DNA of 64,000 nucleotides from Octopus vulgaris (Eukaryota): NCBI GenBank assembly GCA_951406725.2, contig OX597819.1, positions 21,204,001 to 21,268,000 of the forward strand, read 5' to 3'. Shown piece by piece: positions 13,331 to 26,950 of this stretch (position 1 is its first letter; each line of letters starts with the position of its first letter). The notes under the pieces were generated by a model. It saw only the letters and a program-made list of their open reading frames with translations, ran no database searches and was not told where the DNA came from. The position numbers and the translations under genes were made by a program.

Positions 13331-14345
13331 ATGTCCTAGAAATTTCGTGGTTCCGGGATATAGTTGGTGAGAGTCAAAATATCAGAATGGATATTTCGTT
13401 TGTATACACAGAAGAAACCAACGCTATGATTATTTAGCGCCATCCAATATTTATATCATCACCACCCGTTTAACATTCCATATGCTAATCTTTAGACTAT
13501 TCCTTACTGCTGGCTTTCCTTCTTTTCCGATTTGTTATTTCTTCTAACACCGTAGTGCCTATAGTTCATTATATAACCCTATCTTTCTTTAAATTATTTA
13601 AACTTATTGATATATCTTCTCCTTAAAAGTTAGATCTTATTATTTCATGCCTTTCGTCCCCTCCCGCACTATTTTCAACCAATATCCACAGAATATCCCT
13701 AAACTTCTGTGTATCTCTGTCCCCTACCCCTGGTCATTTACCATTAACTACAACTTCCTATTACCCGAACCTTTACCTGCTTGGCTTGTATATTGTTATT
13801 TTTATAATTTTATTTTTCCTTCACCTTTCCGTTTTATTTATTTCATTAATTGTTTTATGACCTCTCCTTACTTCCTTCTGATCTAAGGCCACTATCATAG
13901 ATTATCTCCTACACCTCATTCCAGTCTACCTACCATCCAGTCTACCTACCATCCAGTCTAGCAGACTCCTCCTCACCCGAGTCACTGACCTTAGATATCA
14001 TATTACACACTTTCAAGAACTACATTCTCAACCTAAACGGCCAACAGAGTTAGTTGGTCATTCTACCATTTCATAGCTAGCCTCGACAGACTCTAACCAT
14101 ATCCCTGGTGTATTCTTGGGATTTTCTTATATTTTCTGAAATTACTTCTCATCTGATGATTATGGCCTTTTGTAATGGAGTAAAGTTCTCATTCTTCTAT
14201 TAAAGGGTTACATAAGAAACAACTGTACTGGGCTGATAATTATCCATCGTATGTTATTATTCCTTTGATACACACACACACACATACACACGCGTGTGTC
14301 TGTGCGTATCATGAATAGGTAGCGAAAAAGTATCCAGGTGCGTAC

Positions 14346-14378
14346 CTTCGAGCACGACTTGATGCGGTTTGTCACAAC
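14346..14378 (-). CDS. Candidate 33-nt micro-exon (phase 1: xCDKPHQVVLE)
   Basis: Acceptor TATACTCCAG and donor AAG/GTACGC; length divisible by 3; lies ~260 nt downstream of the 14617-15120 ORF. Inference only. Confidence 0.3.
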
Positions 14379-14616
14379 CTGGAGTATAATGCAAGTTATG
14401 CTTAATGCATCCAATTGTAAGAGGTAATAAGATTATTTAAGGTAAGCAATCCAAACCTATTTCATATACTCGGTAAATCATTATTTGGTTTCGTTTGATT
14501 ATGTATATTTTACCGAGTGTATATCCAAGACAATTACAATAAATACTGATGTAGGCAAAGTAGATCTTATATTTACAGTTATAAACCTAGACACCCTCAA
14601 TTTTTGCGGTGCCTGC

Positions 14617-15120
14617 TTAATTAAAATTCTTTCTACGTAGATATTTAAATGTCCTTCTGTAAATGTTCCTTCCTTCTGTTAAGCAGCTCAGTGATTGTAG
14701 GTTGCCTGCAAAGAACTTGAACTTTTCATGAATTGGTTTGCATGTTATTTCCTTCGGGCGATTTGTGGAGTAAGGATTTTGCGGAGGGTTTGCAGCATCA
14801 CCACAGTTTTCAGTTGCCCGAGATAATCGTGTATCATCAGCACGGAGTGTAAATGGGGCTGTTTGTATAGTTGAGGGCAAAGATAATACGGCAACCACGA
14901 AGATCAAAAATGTACAAATCGATTCTCTGTAGGAGTTCGCACAAAAACGGTGTTTTCTTAGGTCTTGCAACGATGGCTGCATGTTCATGACATCAGCCTC
15001 TTCTAAAAGTCTGCGAGAGACTATCCCACAGCTGACGTTCTTCAGTGCTTTCGTTAGGTCTTCATATATAACATCCAAATTGCAAAGGTAATTTACCTGA
15101 GTTTGCAAGTCATTTGACAT
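14617..15120 (-). CDS. Candidate exon of an unknown secreted precursor protein
   Basis: 167-codon ORF with no low complexity and no transposon motif that I recognise. Has a hydrophobic stretch ICTFLIFVVAVLSLP, signal-cleavage-like IQT/AP, RLSR (RxxR), and 3 Cys downstream. A polypyrimidine acceptor lies at ~15150-15180. Confidence 0.4.
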   Translation of the reverse strand: MSNDLQTQVNYLCNLDVIYEDLTKALKNVSCGIVSRRLLEEADVMNMQPSLQDLRKHRFCANSYRESICTFLIFVVAVLSLPSTIQTAPFTLRADDTRLSRATENCGDAANPPQNPYSTNRPKEITCKPIHEKFKFFAGNLQSLSCLTEGRNIYRRTFKYLRRKNFN

Positions 15121-15489
15121 TCAATGAGTTAATAATATTCCTTGATATCTCTTTGAAAATATATGAAACAAAAGAAAAAAATGTGTCAGCGTGTCGTTTC
15201 TCTTCTCCATTATTTCAACAACTATATTAGAATATAAGTTCCTTTTGCACGTGCTCCATTCAACCATTTATCCAATTAACTAAACAATAATTGTCTCTTA
15301 TTTTCATTTCTTAACGAGATTACTAAATCGATAGAAGACTGTCTGTGATATCAATGAAATTTATAACTGTAATCTCAATATCACCATTGAGGACAAAGCA
15401 ATGATCAAAATGACCATGTCGAACTGTTATAATTAGACCATATTTAGTAACGTGTCGTCATTTTCTCTCACACATTTCCGGCATCTCAC

Positions 15490-15491
15490 CA

Positions 15492-15570
<79 letters not shown>

Positions 15571-15897
15571 TCATATATATATACATATATATATACATAT
15601 ATATATACATACATATATATATATATATACATACATATATATATATACATATATATATATACTTATATATATATACATATATATATACTTATATATATAT
15701 ATACATATATACACATATACATATATATACATATATATATATACATACATATATATATACATATATATATATACACACATATATATATACATATATACAT
15801 ATACATATATATATATACATATACATATATATACATATACATATATATATATATACATATACATATGTATATGCATATACATATACATATACATATA

Positions 15898-15947
<50 letters not shown>

Positions 15948-15975
15948 TGTATATATATATCTGTGTGTGTATGTA
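15490..15975. repeat. Compound (TCTG)/(TC)/(TA)/(TATACA) microsatellite
   Basis: Read directly. Confidence 0.95.
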
Positions 15976-17229
15976 TGATATATGTATACAGACCTTACAC
16001 TATCAACAGTGTCTAGCTGAAAATAATCTTGATTAGATATCAGCGACTTGATCTAACCTGTATATCAATCTTTATTTTTATAAAATTTGGACCGCGATTA
16101 ATTAAAATAAGATTGATACATTTTACTAAATGCGATCTGCAAATATTAAATTTCTGAGGGAATAAGGACTAGTATTGTGCAAGTCACATTGAATAGGTTC
16201 TCTTTTCAATACTAACACATGTATACAGATGTATATGCGTGTGCATGTGTGTGTGTGTATACATGCATGAATGTATATACAGGTATATATATATATGTGT
16301 GTGTGTGTGTGTGCGCGCGTGTGTATGTATATGTGTGTGTGTTAATTGTCTGAATCTGTCTTTTCTTATATAAATTCTTCCCAAGCGGGCCTGGGGGCAA
16401 TTGTAGAATAAGGAACTGCAAAGAAATAAATGAAAGGACCTAAAAATTCGAAAGAATGCGATTGAAAAAAAGCTGAAAGAAAAGAATAACTTAACCTAGA
16501 TGAAAACAAGACGGAGTTAACACCTGAGAGCAGACGTTCAAGGAAATAATCAATTAGAATAGGATTTATGACAAACAGGAAGCTGAATGGAAACAAAGAG
16601 AACGGGTGACCCGCTTCAAGGTCTTCAGAAAGAGTACTAAACCAGGAATACGTGAGAGCAATGACTATGGAAATACTTTCAGAAGATACACAACCGAGAT
16701 GCATTTCGGATTTATCATATTAACAATACACATGCAGATGCAGCACGGATTTTTGTCAATGAACAGGTCGCGGATTTTAGCGACGAAAATATTTTGACAA
16801 ATTAAACTTAAATGTTGAAGTGAATCGAACGGCTTTTGTGTGTTTCTTAAATGGCTTACAAACACCTTCCACGCTGCAATTGTTTTCGTTTCAGCACACG
16901 ATCTCAGATCAAAATTACTTGCTATGCGAGTACATCTCCATATTAACAATGAATTTCAGAAATCTTTCAAGCGTGTACAGACACTCAGATAGAACTGATG
17001 ATGATTTCATCCATTTACAGTTCAACTATTCACTAACAAACCAAAACCTTAAAAGAGTATAGTCTTGTGAAGTATTTTCTGCAACAGGCGCGGGTCCACC
17101 ACAGCAGTGACCGTGGCTGATATTCATGCAAATTACAGAACATTAGAAGGCATGAGACTTTCCTTCACTTGTTTGATGATCCTGGATTTACCCAAAGACA
17201 CCAAATGATATCTGTGCGATATCTTGATC

Positions 17230-17830
17230 AAATTCCATTCAGTTTCAAGCCATATCACCACTGCGGATTTCTATAGCGGGTTAGTGGAATTTATGTCAGA
17301 CGATGTCCTGGGGGAGACCCTGGGCTTCAATGGAAATCAGTTGATCAACCTGTTCAGGAGAACTTTCGGGCCGGGATATCTGGATAATTACCAGATATCC
17401 CTGGCTTGGCAGTGCTACCGTTCGCCTTTGCCTGTTCAAAACAAGCTGTCAAGGCACGGAAGTGCCGTCTCGCCGACATGCCCAAGGTGCAGGCGGGACA
17501 GAGAAATGTCTTACACACCTTCGTGGAGTGTCCTGAATTATCGGACTGATAGCTTTTGTCGAGCTACTGTTGTTCACGATGGGAATAGTACAGCTATCGA
17601 CTGAATCCAGTTATTGAAGATTGTGCTACCTCCTTACTTTAAAAGGTAATGGAAGGCTTGTTGTTTTTCTGTGTATTAACCATACTGAAAAAACTTCATC
17701 TCCGGCCAGAGGTTGGCTAACTTGTTTAGTTACCACCTCGATAGTAAGATCAGGATGGAAATGCGATACCTGTCACATGATATGTTTGCAAAAACACGGA
17801 AGCAAGTAGTGAACAAGCTACGAGTTACTG
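17230..17830 (+). mobile_element. L1/Tx1-like LINE ORF2 C-terminal (zinc-binding) fragment
   Basis: LAWQCYRSPLPVQNKLSRHGSAVSPTCPRC..E, followed by a frameshifted H...C, as in L1/Tx1 ORF2 C-termini. Confidence 0.75.
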
Positions 17831-18074
17831 GTACAAGGTAAGTGGGGCCAGAAGGAAAAGTAAATGTTCGAACCTGGAGGTTCCTTCAGTCACATATTGC
17901 AAAATGTGCAACGCTCATCAAGCTCATATCGAAATTTTTAAAAGGAAAAAAAAAAGATATAATTTTTAATAGAATAACATTTATGTTTTATCATTCGAAC
18001 CTATTTAATTCGTAATAAACAATTTTTTCACCCTCTATGTTTATCTGTCTTCGTTTGTCCCATCTATGTACGGT

Positions 18075-18470
18075 TTCCATGGCCAATTTATGAAATAAAA
18101 AGATTGCCAACCAGATGGTTTTGCGTTCAGTCCTACTGCATGGCACTTTTGGCACCTTGTGAGCAGATGTGGTAGACGAAGACTGGAAGAGACCAATCGT
18201 ACACACACAGACACACACACACACACATATGCATGCATTATTTATTTGTGTGTGTTTGTACCCTCACCAACACGTGACAACCTTTGCTAGTGTATTTATG
18301 AGCCTGTAACCTAGCGCTTCAGAAATACACTCCGATAGAATAAGTACAGGCTTTCACAGCATAAGCTATATGGGGACAATTTCTTCAACTAAATCCCTTT
18401 AACGCGACGCTCCAGCATGATCGGGGTCAAATTACTTTAACCAAATAAAAGAATAAAGATATAAAAGAAT
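18075..18470 (+). mobile_element. SINE family A, old diverged copy
   Basis: Colinear with 8203-8629 (GTTCAGTCC, GGTAGACG, CCGATAGAATAAGTAC, CTCCAGCATG, TAAAAGA tail). Confidence 0.8.
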
Positions 18471-18888
18471 ACACACATACACCCCTCCCCCATAAATATA
18501 TATATATATATATATTCACACACCCCATATATATTTACCACAGATAAATATATATGGTGTTCATCAATGCTGCTAACGCTAGAATTATCTTGTTAGAAAT
18601 AAATATATACAATAAAGAAGCGGATGCATGTATGAGTGCAAGTGGACACACGTGTGTGTGTGTGTGCAAGCGTCTATATGTAGGTATATATATATCTGAC
18701 TGTGTGTATGCGTGTCTCTCTGAATTCATATTGGGAATACTGCAGATATCATTCAGAATATCGACATAGACAGGCTAATAGTTCGGACATAGTTGAGTAG
18801 TTGAGATTTACTAAATATACCCAGAACCCAGACGGAGACACAAAGACAAACATTCATACGCATACACACACGCACACATACACACACT

Positions 18889-19004
<116 letters not shown>

Positions 19005-19195
19005 TAGATATAGATATATATGTACGTATTGAATATTACATACATTACATATACATATACGTATATATAGATATACATATATATGTATATATAAACACAC
19101 ACACATATACATCTGCATATATATAAATATATGTATGTATGTATATATGTATAAATATATATATATGATATATATATATATGTATATATATATAT

Positions 19196-19675
19196 ATTAT
19201 ATAATTAGGGCTTAGTAAAATAAATTACTTTGCCACATACTGAACTTAGTAGAAATAGCAGCCAAAAAAAATTTTTTTTAGCCGTTTCTACTACTTAAAG
19301 AAAATTTCTCTCAGATAATGTTTACTCCAGACAGCTCACGAAGGTTTGGAGGTAAATACAGAAAAATATCACAAGTACATAAATCGTTTGAGTACGTCAA
19401 CGTTTCAAGATTAGCCAAGTAAAATCAGCAATTCTTTCGTCTGACGATTTTACTTGGCTAATCTTGAAACGTTGACGTACTCAAACGATCTATGTACTTG
19501 TGATATTTTTCTGTATTTACCTCCAAACCTTCGTGAGCTGTCTGGAGTAAACGTTATCTGAGAGAAATTTTCTTTAAGTAGTAGAAACGGCTAAAAAATT
19601 TTTTTGTGGCTGCTATTTCTACTAAGTTCAGTATGTGGCAAAGTAATTTATTTTACTAAGCCCTAATTATATAAT
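19196..19675. repeat. Near-perfect inverted repeat (~230-bp arms, 19-nt spacer), Penelope-like pLTR foldback
   Basis: 19196-19426 is the reverse complement of 19446-19675 with only a few differences. The apex carries CTGACGA, and both arms carry GAAAC-GTTGAC-GTA. Confidence 0.95.
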
Positions 19676-19762
19676 GTAATATTTTGAATTCGCCATAAAT
19701 GGTCCTTTTACATACTGAACACTTGGTGAAATTGATTAATTAATTTTACCCTCAATTGTTGA

Positions 19763-19815
<53 letters not shown>

Positions 19816-19866
19816 CATATATATTGTATATATATATATACGTACATACATATATACATATATACG

Positions 19867-19897
<31 letters not shown>

Positions 19898-20384
19898 GCA
19901 CAACTATATAGGTAACATATATACATATGTATATACAGATACATATATAAGTACACACATACACGTACACACACACACACATATATACACGAAGATATAT
20001 TTTTCATACATATCCGTATAAGTACATGAGTATGTGTGCATACATACATACACACATACACACACACATACATACATACATATATATGTACGTATGTGGG
20101 TGCGCGTGTGCGAGTGTGTATGTACATATGAATATATGTAGTGTGTCTGTCCTTGACTATTTGTGCTTTGTGTCTGTGCGTAATCGTTTGTGCCCAAATA
20201 TAAGGAGAAAGCTGTATGTGATCTATATATTTCGAACAGAAAAGCATTCTTAGTACATTGAGACGCCAGAACCTTAGCGCTTTTTGGCAGTAGACGGAGC
20301 GTTTCACAAGTGGCTTTCCTACCTTCCATAAAAAGAGGAAAAGGATTCTTTCCAGTTTGTTTAGTTACAAATCGGGGCAAGGCA

Positions 20385-20730
20385 CAACGCCCCACGACGT
20401 TATTGGACGACTGTTTCAACGAAGTATCGTCTTGCCCTTACCTTCGAACGCGGAGTAGATGAAACAGGGACAACTGAAGAAGGGGAATATTCTTTATTCT
20501 CGTTTCTCTGTTTTTTTATTTTTTTTTTCGTTGTTCGAAAAAAGTTCGTTTCTATGTTTTTGTTTTTATATTTTCGTTTCTCATTGTGTTCAACGTTTTT
20601 GTTCTCTTTGATATCCTGTACCCATATATGCAGGTATATATATATACATATAGATGTAGGCATGTACATATTAGTATGTATATATGCATATATCTATATA
20701 TTATTTATATAATAATAATAATAATATACA
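20385..20730 (+). mobile_element. Dispersed repeat (probably Penelope-pLTR-like), family D
   Basis: Shares GTTTCTCATTGTGTTCAACG..TGTACCCATATATGCA with 49745-49930 and, inverted, with 61200-61375. Confidence 0.7.
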
Positions 20731-20779
20731 TATATATTTATATATTTAGAGAGAGAGAGAGAGAGAGAGTGAGAGATAG

Positions 20780-20835
<56 letters not shown>

Positions 20836-21574
20836 TTTCTTTACTAGCCACACAGGGTCGAACACAGAGGGGACAAAATACAATGTAGAGCTTTCCTTTT
20901 CGAGAATAGATAAAAAGGAGAAAAATAATGTTCCGATCAAAAGGGTTCATAAAACAAAAGGTCAAGATGAATCCTGTATCACAGACAATGTTTAAAATGT
21001 AAAAAGGAAAATTAGGTTTATCCGTGGAAAGAAATGCCATACCGACACCTATAAAATCATGTCCATAGTCTGATTGCTTAATGAGTTCTTCTTAATCTCC
21101 GCGGTGGATTCAATTCGATATTGTTAACTTATTTTGTGTATTTTGCATATTTTGAGATTTACGTTCGACTCAGTATTTCAGTTGTGTTCGCATTAGCGTA
21201 ATGCAGATTGGACTTCGATTTGTTCGAAAACCGGAACCCAACAATATTGCTGTTCTAAATCGGAATGCCACCAATTGATACTCATCTCTACAGATCAATA
21301 CAGATATGTAGTACAATGCATTTCCTCTCCAATATCTAGAATCACGCTTTCCTCCTCTTAACAATATCAATGTTCCCCTTTATTAATATTCATTTATTAT
21401 TAACGATCAATCCAAATCCCAGTGACCTTATTAATGAAACAATGTCTCCATCAATCTCGCTGAAGCCCGGCAACCACTGCAGCACACTCAGCCTACACAT
21501 TGACTAATTATTCTATCTCGCCAGCAGAACCATACAACACTTATATTTGCAAATGTAACCTATATCTGGATATA

Positions 21575-21782
21575 AATAGGTTACATGATAGATCGGTAGC
21601 CACTACACGCATTTTTTTCTCTCCTTGTTTCTCTCCTTGTTTTTTTTTCTGTGTCCCTTTCTGTAGAAGAGCGTAGGCTCGAAACTTAAAAGACTTTTTG
21701 AATTGTCTGAGCGTTATACTAATACATCTGTGTGTTTTATACACCACCTGTCTTAGTCTTTTGTTTTTTTCGTGAACTCTCC
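21575..21782 (+). mobile_element. Penelope-like pLTR fragment, family E, with variant minimal hammerhead at 21657-21692
   Basis: CTTT-CTGTAGA-AGAGC-gtag-GCTC-GAAAC-TTA-AAAG; inverted homolog at 49490-49686. Confidence 0.7.
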
Positions 21783-21803
21783 GTATACATGGATATACAT
21801 ACG

Positions 21804-21844
<41 letters not shown>

Positions 21845-23575
21845 GTACACGTGCACACGTGTATCATGCGAGTATGCGTTGTGTATATAAGATTCTGCAT
21901 TCAGTCACTCGTGCTGCTCTTTCAGTTCAAACCCATGCCATACGATGTCGGCTGCCATCATCTGCGCGCTCGAGTTTGCTAAGTTTATTGCAACATAAAA
22001 ATCAAATCTGTTTCCTTATCATTTCAATATATTAGAAACTCTTCATTATTTAGGCCAACACAGTAAATATTGACATGAGAAAATGAAGAATGAATATCCT
22101 CCATTTTCCATACAGAATTTCATTGAAAAACATTAGCATATAACACCAATCAGCCATTATACTTCTTGAAAAGCCGTATCCATCTTCTGTTCTGTTATGT
22201 ATCTTTATGAATATAGATATTTATCGATTGCTCTGGCAAATTAGAACGATATCCTTGTACAAATATTTACTGAAGATAAAGCTCTTAAAACAAACATTGA
22301 TTTTTGTGCATTTTCTTTCGATATCTCTCATTATGCTTCCTCATTTCATGAGTCAAATATATTTAGCATTTCACATACACTACATGTCAGTTGTGGGGAC
22401 GTCAAGATTAAAGCTGAAATATTCCCTATAAATGATGTTGCCGTCAGAATTACGAGACAGAAAAGTAAATACGATTTAGTCGGTTTAAATACTGAAATTT
22501 TTATTGGCGCAGAAGCAGCTAGGTTTTGTCAGTCAAGTACTTATTTTATAATATCATCTTTGACTTCAATATTCGTACTGAAGCCGAAATCCGAGATTAA
22601 GCAAATTCTGATTTATCCGTGCAACTTACAATAAACAGACTTACAAACATAAATAGAAATATATACAATATTATTTCTACTGTGTTCACTCACTGACGAC
22701 AAAGATGATTTTCGCTGTTCAAATCTTTAAATATGAAGATTTTGACAGGGACAAAATACTGTATAAGCACGTGAATATAAGAAAACGGGAGGTTATGAAG
22801 TTTATTGTTTCCCAAGAGATTCAACAGAACGGCAAATGGTAATTCGATGTCAACTGACATTCAAATGGTTGTTCTTGGTCGACCTCGATGGTATCATATA
22901 CCCTTGTATTCATAAAATTTATCTCTCGCTAACAGGCTATTAGATACTGCCCACGAATGTTACCCTGTCTGCACAATGAAACTTGTAGAATTACAAGTTC
23001 ATCTTCAAAATAGTTTATATCTGGCAGATGTTGTTATTGCTCTTTGTCTTCGCTGCTTCTAGTCAGTTGTTTTGCAATTATTTCTCCTTTCTCGTATGTG
23101 CCCCCCTTATCATGTACCTTTCAGATCAAGCGCACAATTTTAAGATATTTCTCAAAAGGAGGAACTTTTAAAACACTTGAAACATTAGTAACTCACGTGA
23201 CTTCCATAGGGTACAACTGAGAGCTTTTGGTATCGGATGCCAGGCAACATAATCATGCTTCCATCAAAGTATCTGTCACGTCTATAACGTTCTTTGCATC
23301 ACATACTAAAACTATTCGAATCCAACAATGTGTATATATATATATATATCAACATTAACAGAATTAGATAAAAATCCAAGGGTGTGAATGATTTCAGAAC
23401 ATTTATAAATAAAAAGGTCTTACAGCTGTTTCCGGGATGTTTTATATATTCCTTCATCGGAGATGGTATGAGAGAATGGTTAAGCAATAGTTATTCCAGA
23501 TAAGATATGAAATAGCTAGAGAGGAGGGGAATGAAAATAGGCGTGAGATTTACACACCACCCACATATATATATA

Positions 23576-23885
23576 ATTCCTCATCCACTTTATTCTCCCG
23601 ACTTTGCTACTTCAGACTACCATTTGTTTCGTAGTTTACTGAATCATTTGGGGGACACAACTTTCGCAAGCGAGGAGGAGGTCGAAACTGACATGTCAGA
23701 GTTCTTCGATTTGAAACCAAAAGAGTTTTTACATTGATGGGATTAAAAAGCTTGTAAATAGATTGAAGGAACTCATAGATAATCAGGGAAAGAACATTGA
23801 TAATTAAATTTCAATTAAATATAACATTTGATCACTTATTTTCTTTATTCAAAATTCGGACAGAATTTATGGGATGACCTGAAAT
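23576..23885 (+). mobile_element. Mariner (DD34D) 3' end with TIR
   Basis: HPLYSPDFATSDYHLFRSL (YSPDLAPSD motif) continues to a stop, then CGGACAGAATTTATGGGATGACCTGA-type terminus. Confidence 0.9.
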
Positions 23886-25244
23886 ATATGTGTGTGTGTG
23901 TGTGTGTGCCTTTGTGTCTGTGCGTGTTTGGTTGTGTGTGTGTGTCTGTGTGTGCACGCGCGCGTGTGTGGTGCAAGGGTAACATATATTTATAGATTAT
24001 ATACTTGTTGATGGTGGTGGTGGTGGTGAGGGGCGGCACTTTTCATATCGAGAACTCAGAATGCTAAAGCTTTACTCAATTTTCTGTTACACAAATGTAT
24101 TTTGTACATTCGTTCAAAATCTTCCAGTCCTAACTGTCTACTCTGTCCAAAACTTACAATCTATCTCAGACTTTTCAATAAGAATTCATTTCTTTGCATA
24201 AATACCTACTAAATCTAATTCTTGAAAAATCTGCTTCATCCTCCATTTGGAATTGTTTTTCTATATTTCTTGTGTAGTTTTGTTTCTTCATGTTTTTCTT
24301 TTTTTTTTCTTTTTATTCTTTCTTTTCATGAGTATTTTCTGTGTACGCCTATGTTTCTTCATCTATATCTGACAACTCACACCCCCAACTTGTTATCATT
24401 GCTGTTTCTCTTCTCTGCATCTTTCTTTCTTCCTTCCTTTTTTTTCCCCCTTTTTCTTTCTGCTTTTGCCATTTGTGTCACTCGATTTCTTTTTTGTCGA
24501 TTGGGAAAATAATTGCTTGTTTCATTAACTATTGGATAACTTTCCCCACTCTCTCACTCTCTCTCTCTCTCTCTCTCTCTATTCTTTCTTTTTCTCTTGC
24601 CACTCCTTCAGAAATTCTTAATACCATTCTCTCCTCTCACTCTCACTCACACCTTGTCTCTGATCCTCTTTCTTTAGTTTCTCACACACTACTTTCTCTC
24701 TCGTACTTATCACTAACATTCTACATTGGTTCTTTCATTAAATTCAGTCTATTTCTTCCCCCACTTTCCTTTCATCCCCCCTCTTTACAATCCGCACAAG
24801 CTTTCATACTCCACTCCTTCTCCTTTCCCCCTCACTATTTCTAACTCTCGTCTATTTATGTCTTTTTCTCCTTTCTTTTTCATTTTCAACCCACACACTC
24901 TTTCTCTCTCTCTCTTTCTATCTCTCCCTCTGACTCCTACCCTCACACGTAAATTATGAAAGATAGATTCCAGGATTCTTCAGTGAATTGTTTTGTCGCA
25001 ATGAATTTTGCAAATCTTTGGCTGTTTATTTCCTTATTTCCATTTATTACATTGATGATGGGATTCTCGTTACAAATGATATATATATATACATGTGTAA
25101 TGCGATAGATAGACAGAAAGATAAAATATAAATAGATAGATAGATAGATAGATAGGTAGATAGATAGATCGACAGATACACAGATAGGTGGAGAGCCAGA
25201 TAGAGAGAGGTGGGTAAAGAGATTGATACATACATGCATGAATG

Positions 25245-25298
<54 letters not shown>

Positions 25299-25437
25299 CA
25301 TACATACTCATATATATATACATATATATACAAATATACATACATATATTTATATATATACATGTATACATATATATATATATACATATATATATACATA
25401 CATACATATATATATGCATATATACAAACATGCATAC

Positions 25438-25468
<31 letters not shown>

Positions 25469-25989
25469 CATTTTTCATACTCATATATGCATGTATATAT
25501 CTATATATGTTTCTATATATTTAAATCTGTGTATGTATGTGCATACATTTTAACCACATACACATTCACACCCGTTTATATCATACGGATATGTGTTTAT
25601 GTATATATGCATGCATTTCTATATATGTGTGAACATGTATACGTGCGTGAATGCATCATACAGAAATTGCGCTTGTTAATAGAGATGTCCTTTGAAATTC
25701 GTTGTTCGAAAGTAGAGGAAAATGACGGACAACGACTAAATTCCTGATAAAGTCTGACGAAGATATTTCAATTGTTTATAACATATAAACTGTTCAAGAT
25801 AGAAAGATTATATTGGGAAGTCAGAGAGTGAGAGAGAAAGGGAGAGCGGGGAAGAGATGTCTTCTTATAATAGGGTGGAATAGACAGAATGGTTACAATT
25901 ATACGTATGCAATAGAGTCAAGACAATAATGATAATTTTCCATGGAGTCACGACAAGAGCTACAGAAGGAAATAACAGTAAAAATAATA

Positions 25990-26062
25990 ATGACAATTGT
26001 AATAATAATATTTATTGTGAATAATAATAATAATGATGATGATAATAATGATGATGATGATG

Positions 26063-26117
<55 letters not shown>

Positions 26118-26367
26118 TAATAATAATGATGATGATGATGAATATGATGATAATAATAATAATGATAACGGTAATATAAATAATAATCTTGGTGATAATA
26201 AGGACCAATACAGGACAATAGTAAAAAGTGTGAAACGAAGCCGGGAATGGAATAATGTACAACTGAGCAAGACAATATGTAACGATGCGCTCTGGAGCCA
26301 AGGTAATATAAAGGTGATGTTCGTAACATTAATAATAATAATAGTAATAGTAATAATAATAATAATG

Positions 26368-26431
<64 letters not shown>

Positions 26432-26950
26432 TAATAATAATAACAACAACTTCTTCCGTTACAATTATATTTCTATTACAGAAATGATATGAAAAAAAAT
26501 TTGAAATAAGGAATGAAAGAGGAGAAGAAGAAGAAGAAGAAGAAGAAGAAGAAGAAGAAGAAGAAGAAGAAGAAGAAGAAGAAGAGGATGAGAAGAAGAA
26601 GAAGAAGAAGAAGAAGAAGAAGAAGAGGAGGTGGAGAAAGAAGAAGAATAAGATGAAGAAGAAGAAGAAGAAGAGAAAGAAGAAGAAATAGTGAGGAAGA
26701 AGTAGAAGAAGAAGTAGAAGAAGAAGAAGGAGAAGAAGAAGTAGAAGAAGAGGAGGAGGAGGAGGAGGAGGAGGAGAAGAAGAAGTAGAAGAAGAAGAAG
26801 AAGAAGAAGAAGAAGAAGAAGAAGGAGAAGAAGAAGAAAAAGAAGAAGAAGAAGAAGAAGAAGAAGAACAACAACAACAACAAGAACAAGAAGAGAACAA
26901 GAAGAACAAGAAGAACAGGAACAAGAAGAACAAGAACAAGAACAAGAAGA
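25990..26950. repeat. Compound (AAT)n/(GAT)n and (GAA)n/(GAG)n/(CAAGAA)n tract
   Basis: Read directly; source of the poly-I/N/S/F/L ORFs. Confidence 0.97.

Noticed and set aside
21880-21930. TATA plus initiator-like TCAGT words
   Set aside because: Spacing does not fit a canonical core promoter and there is no downstream gene evidence.
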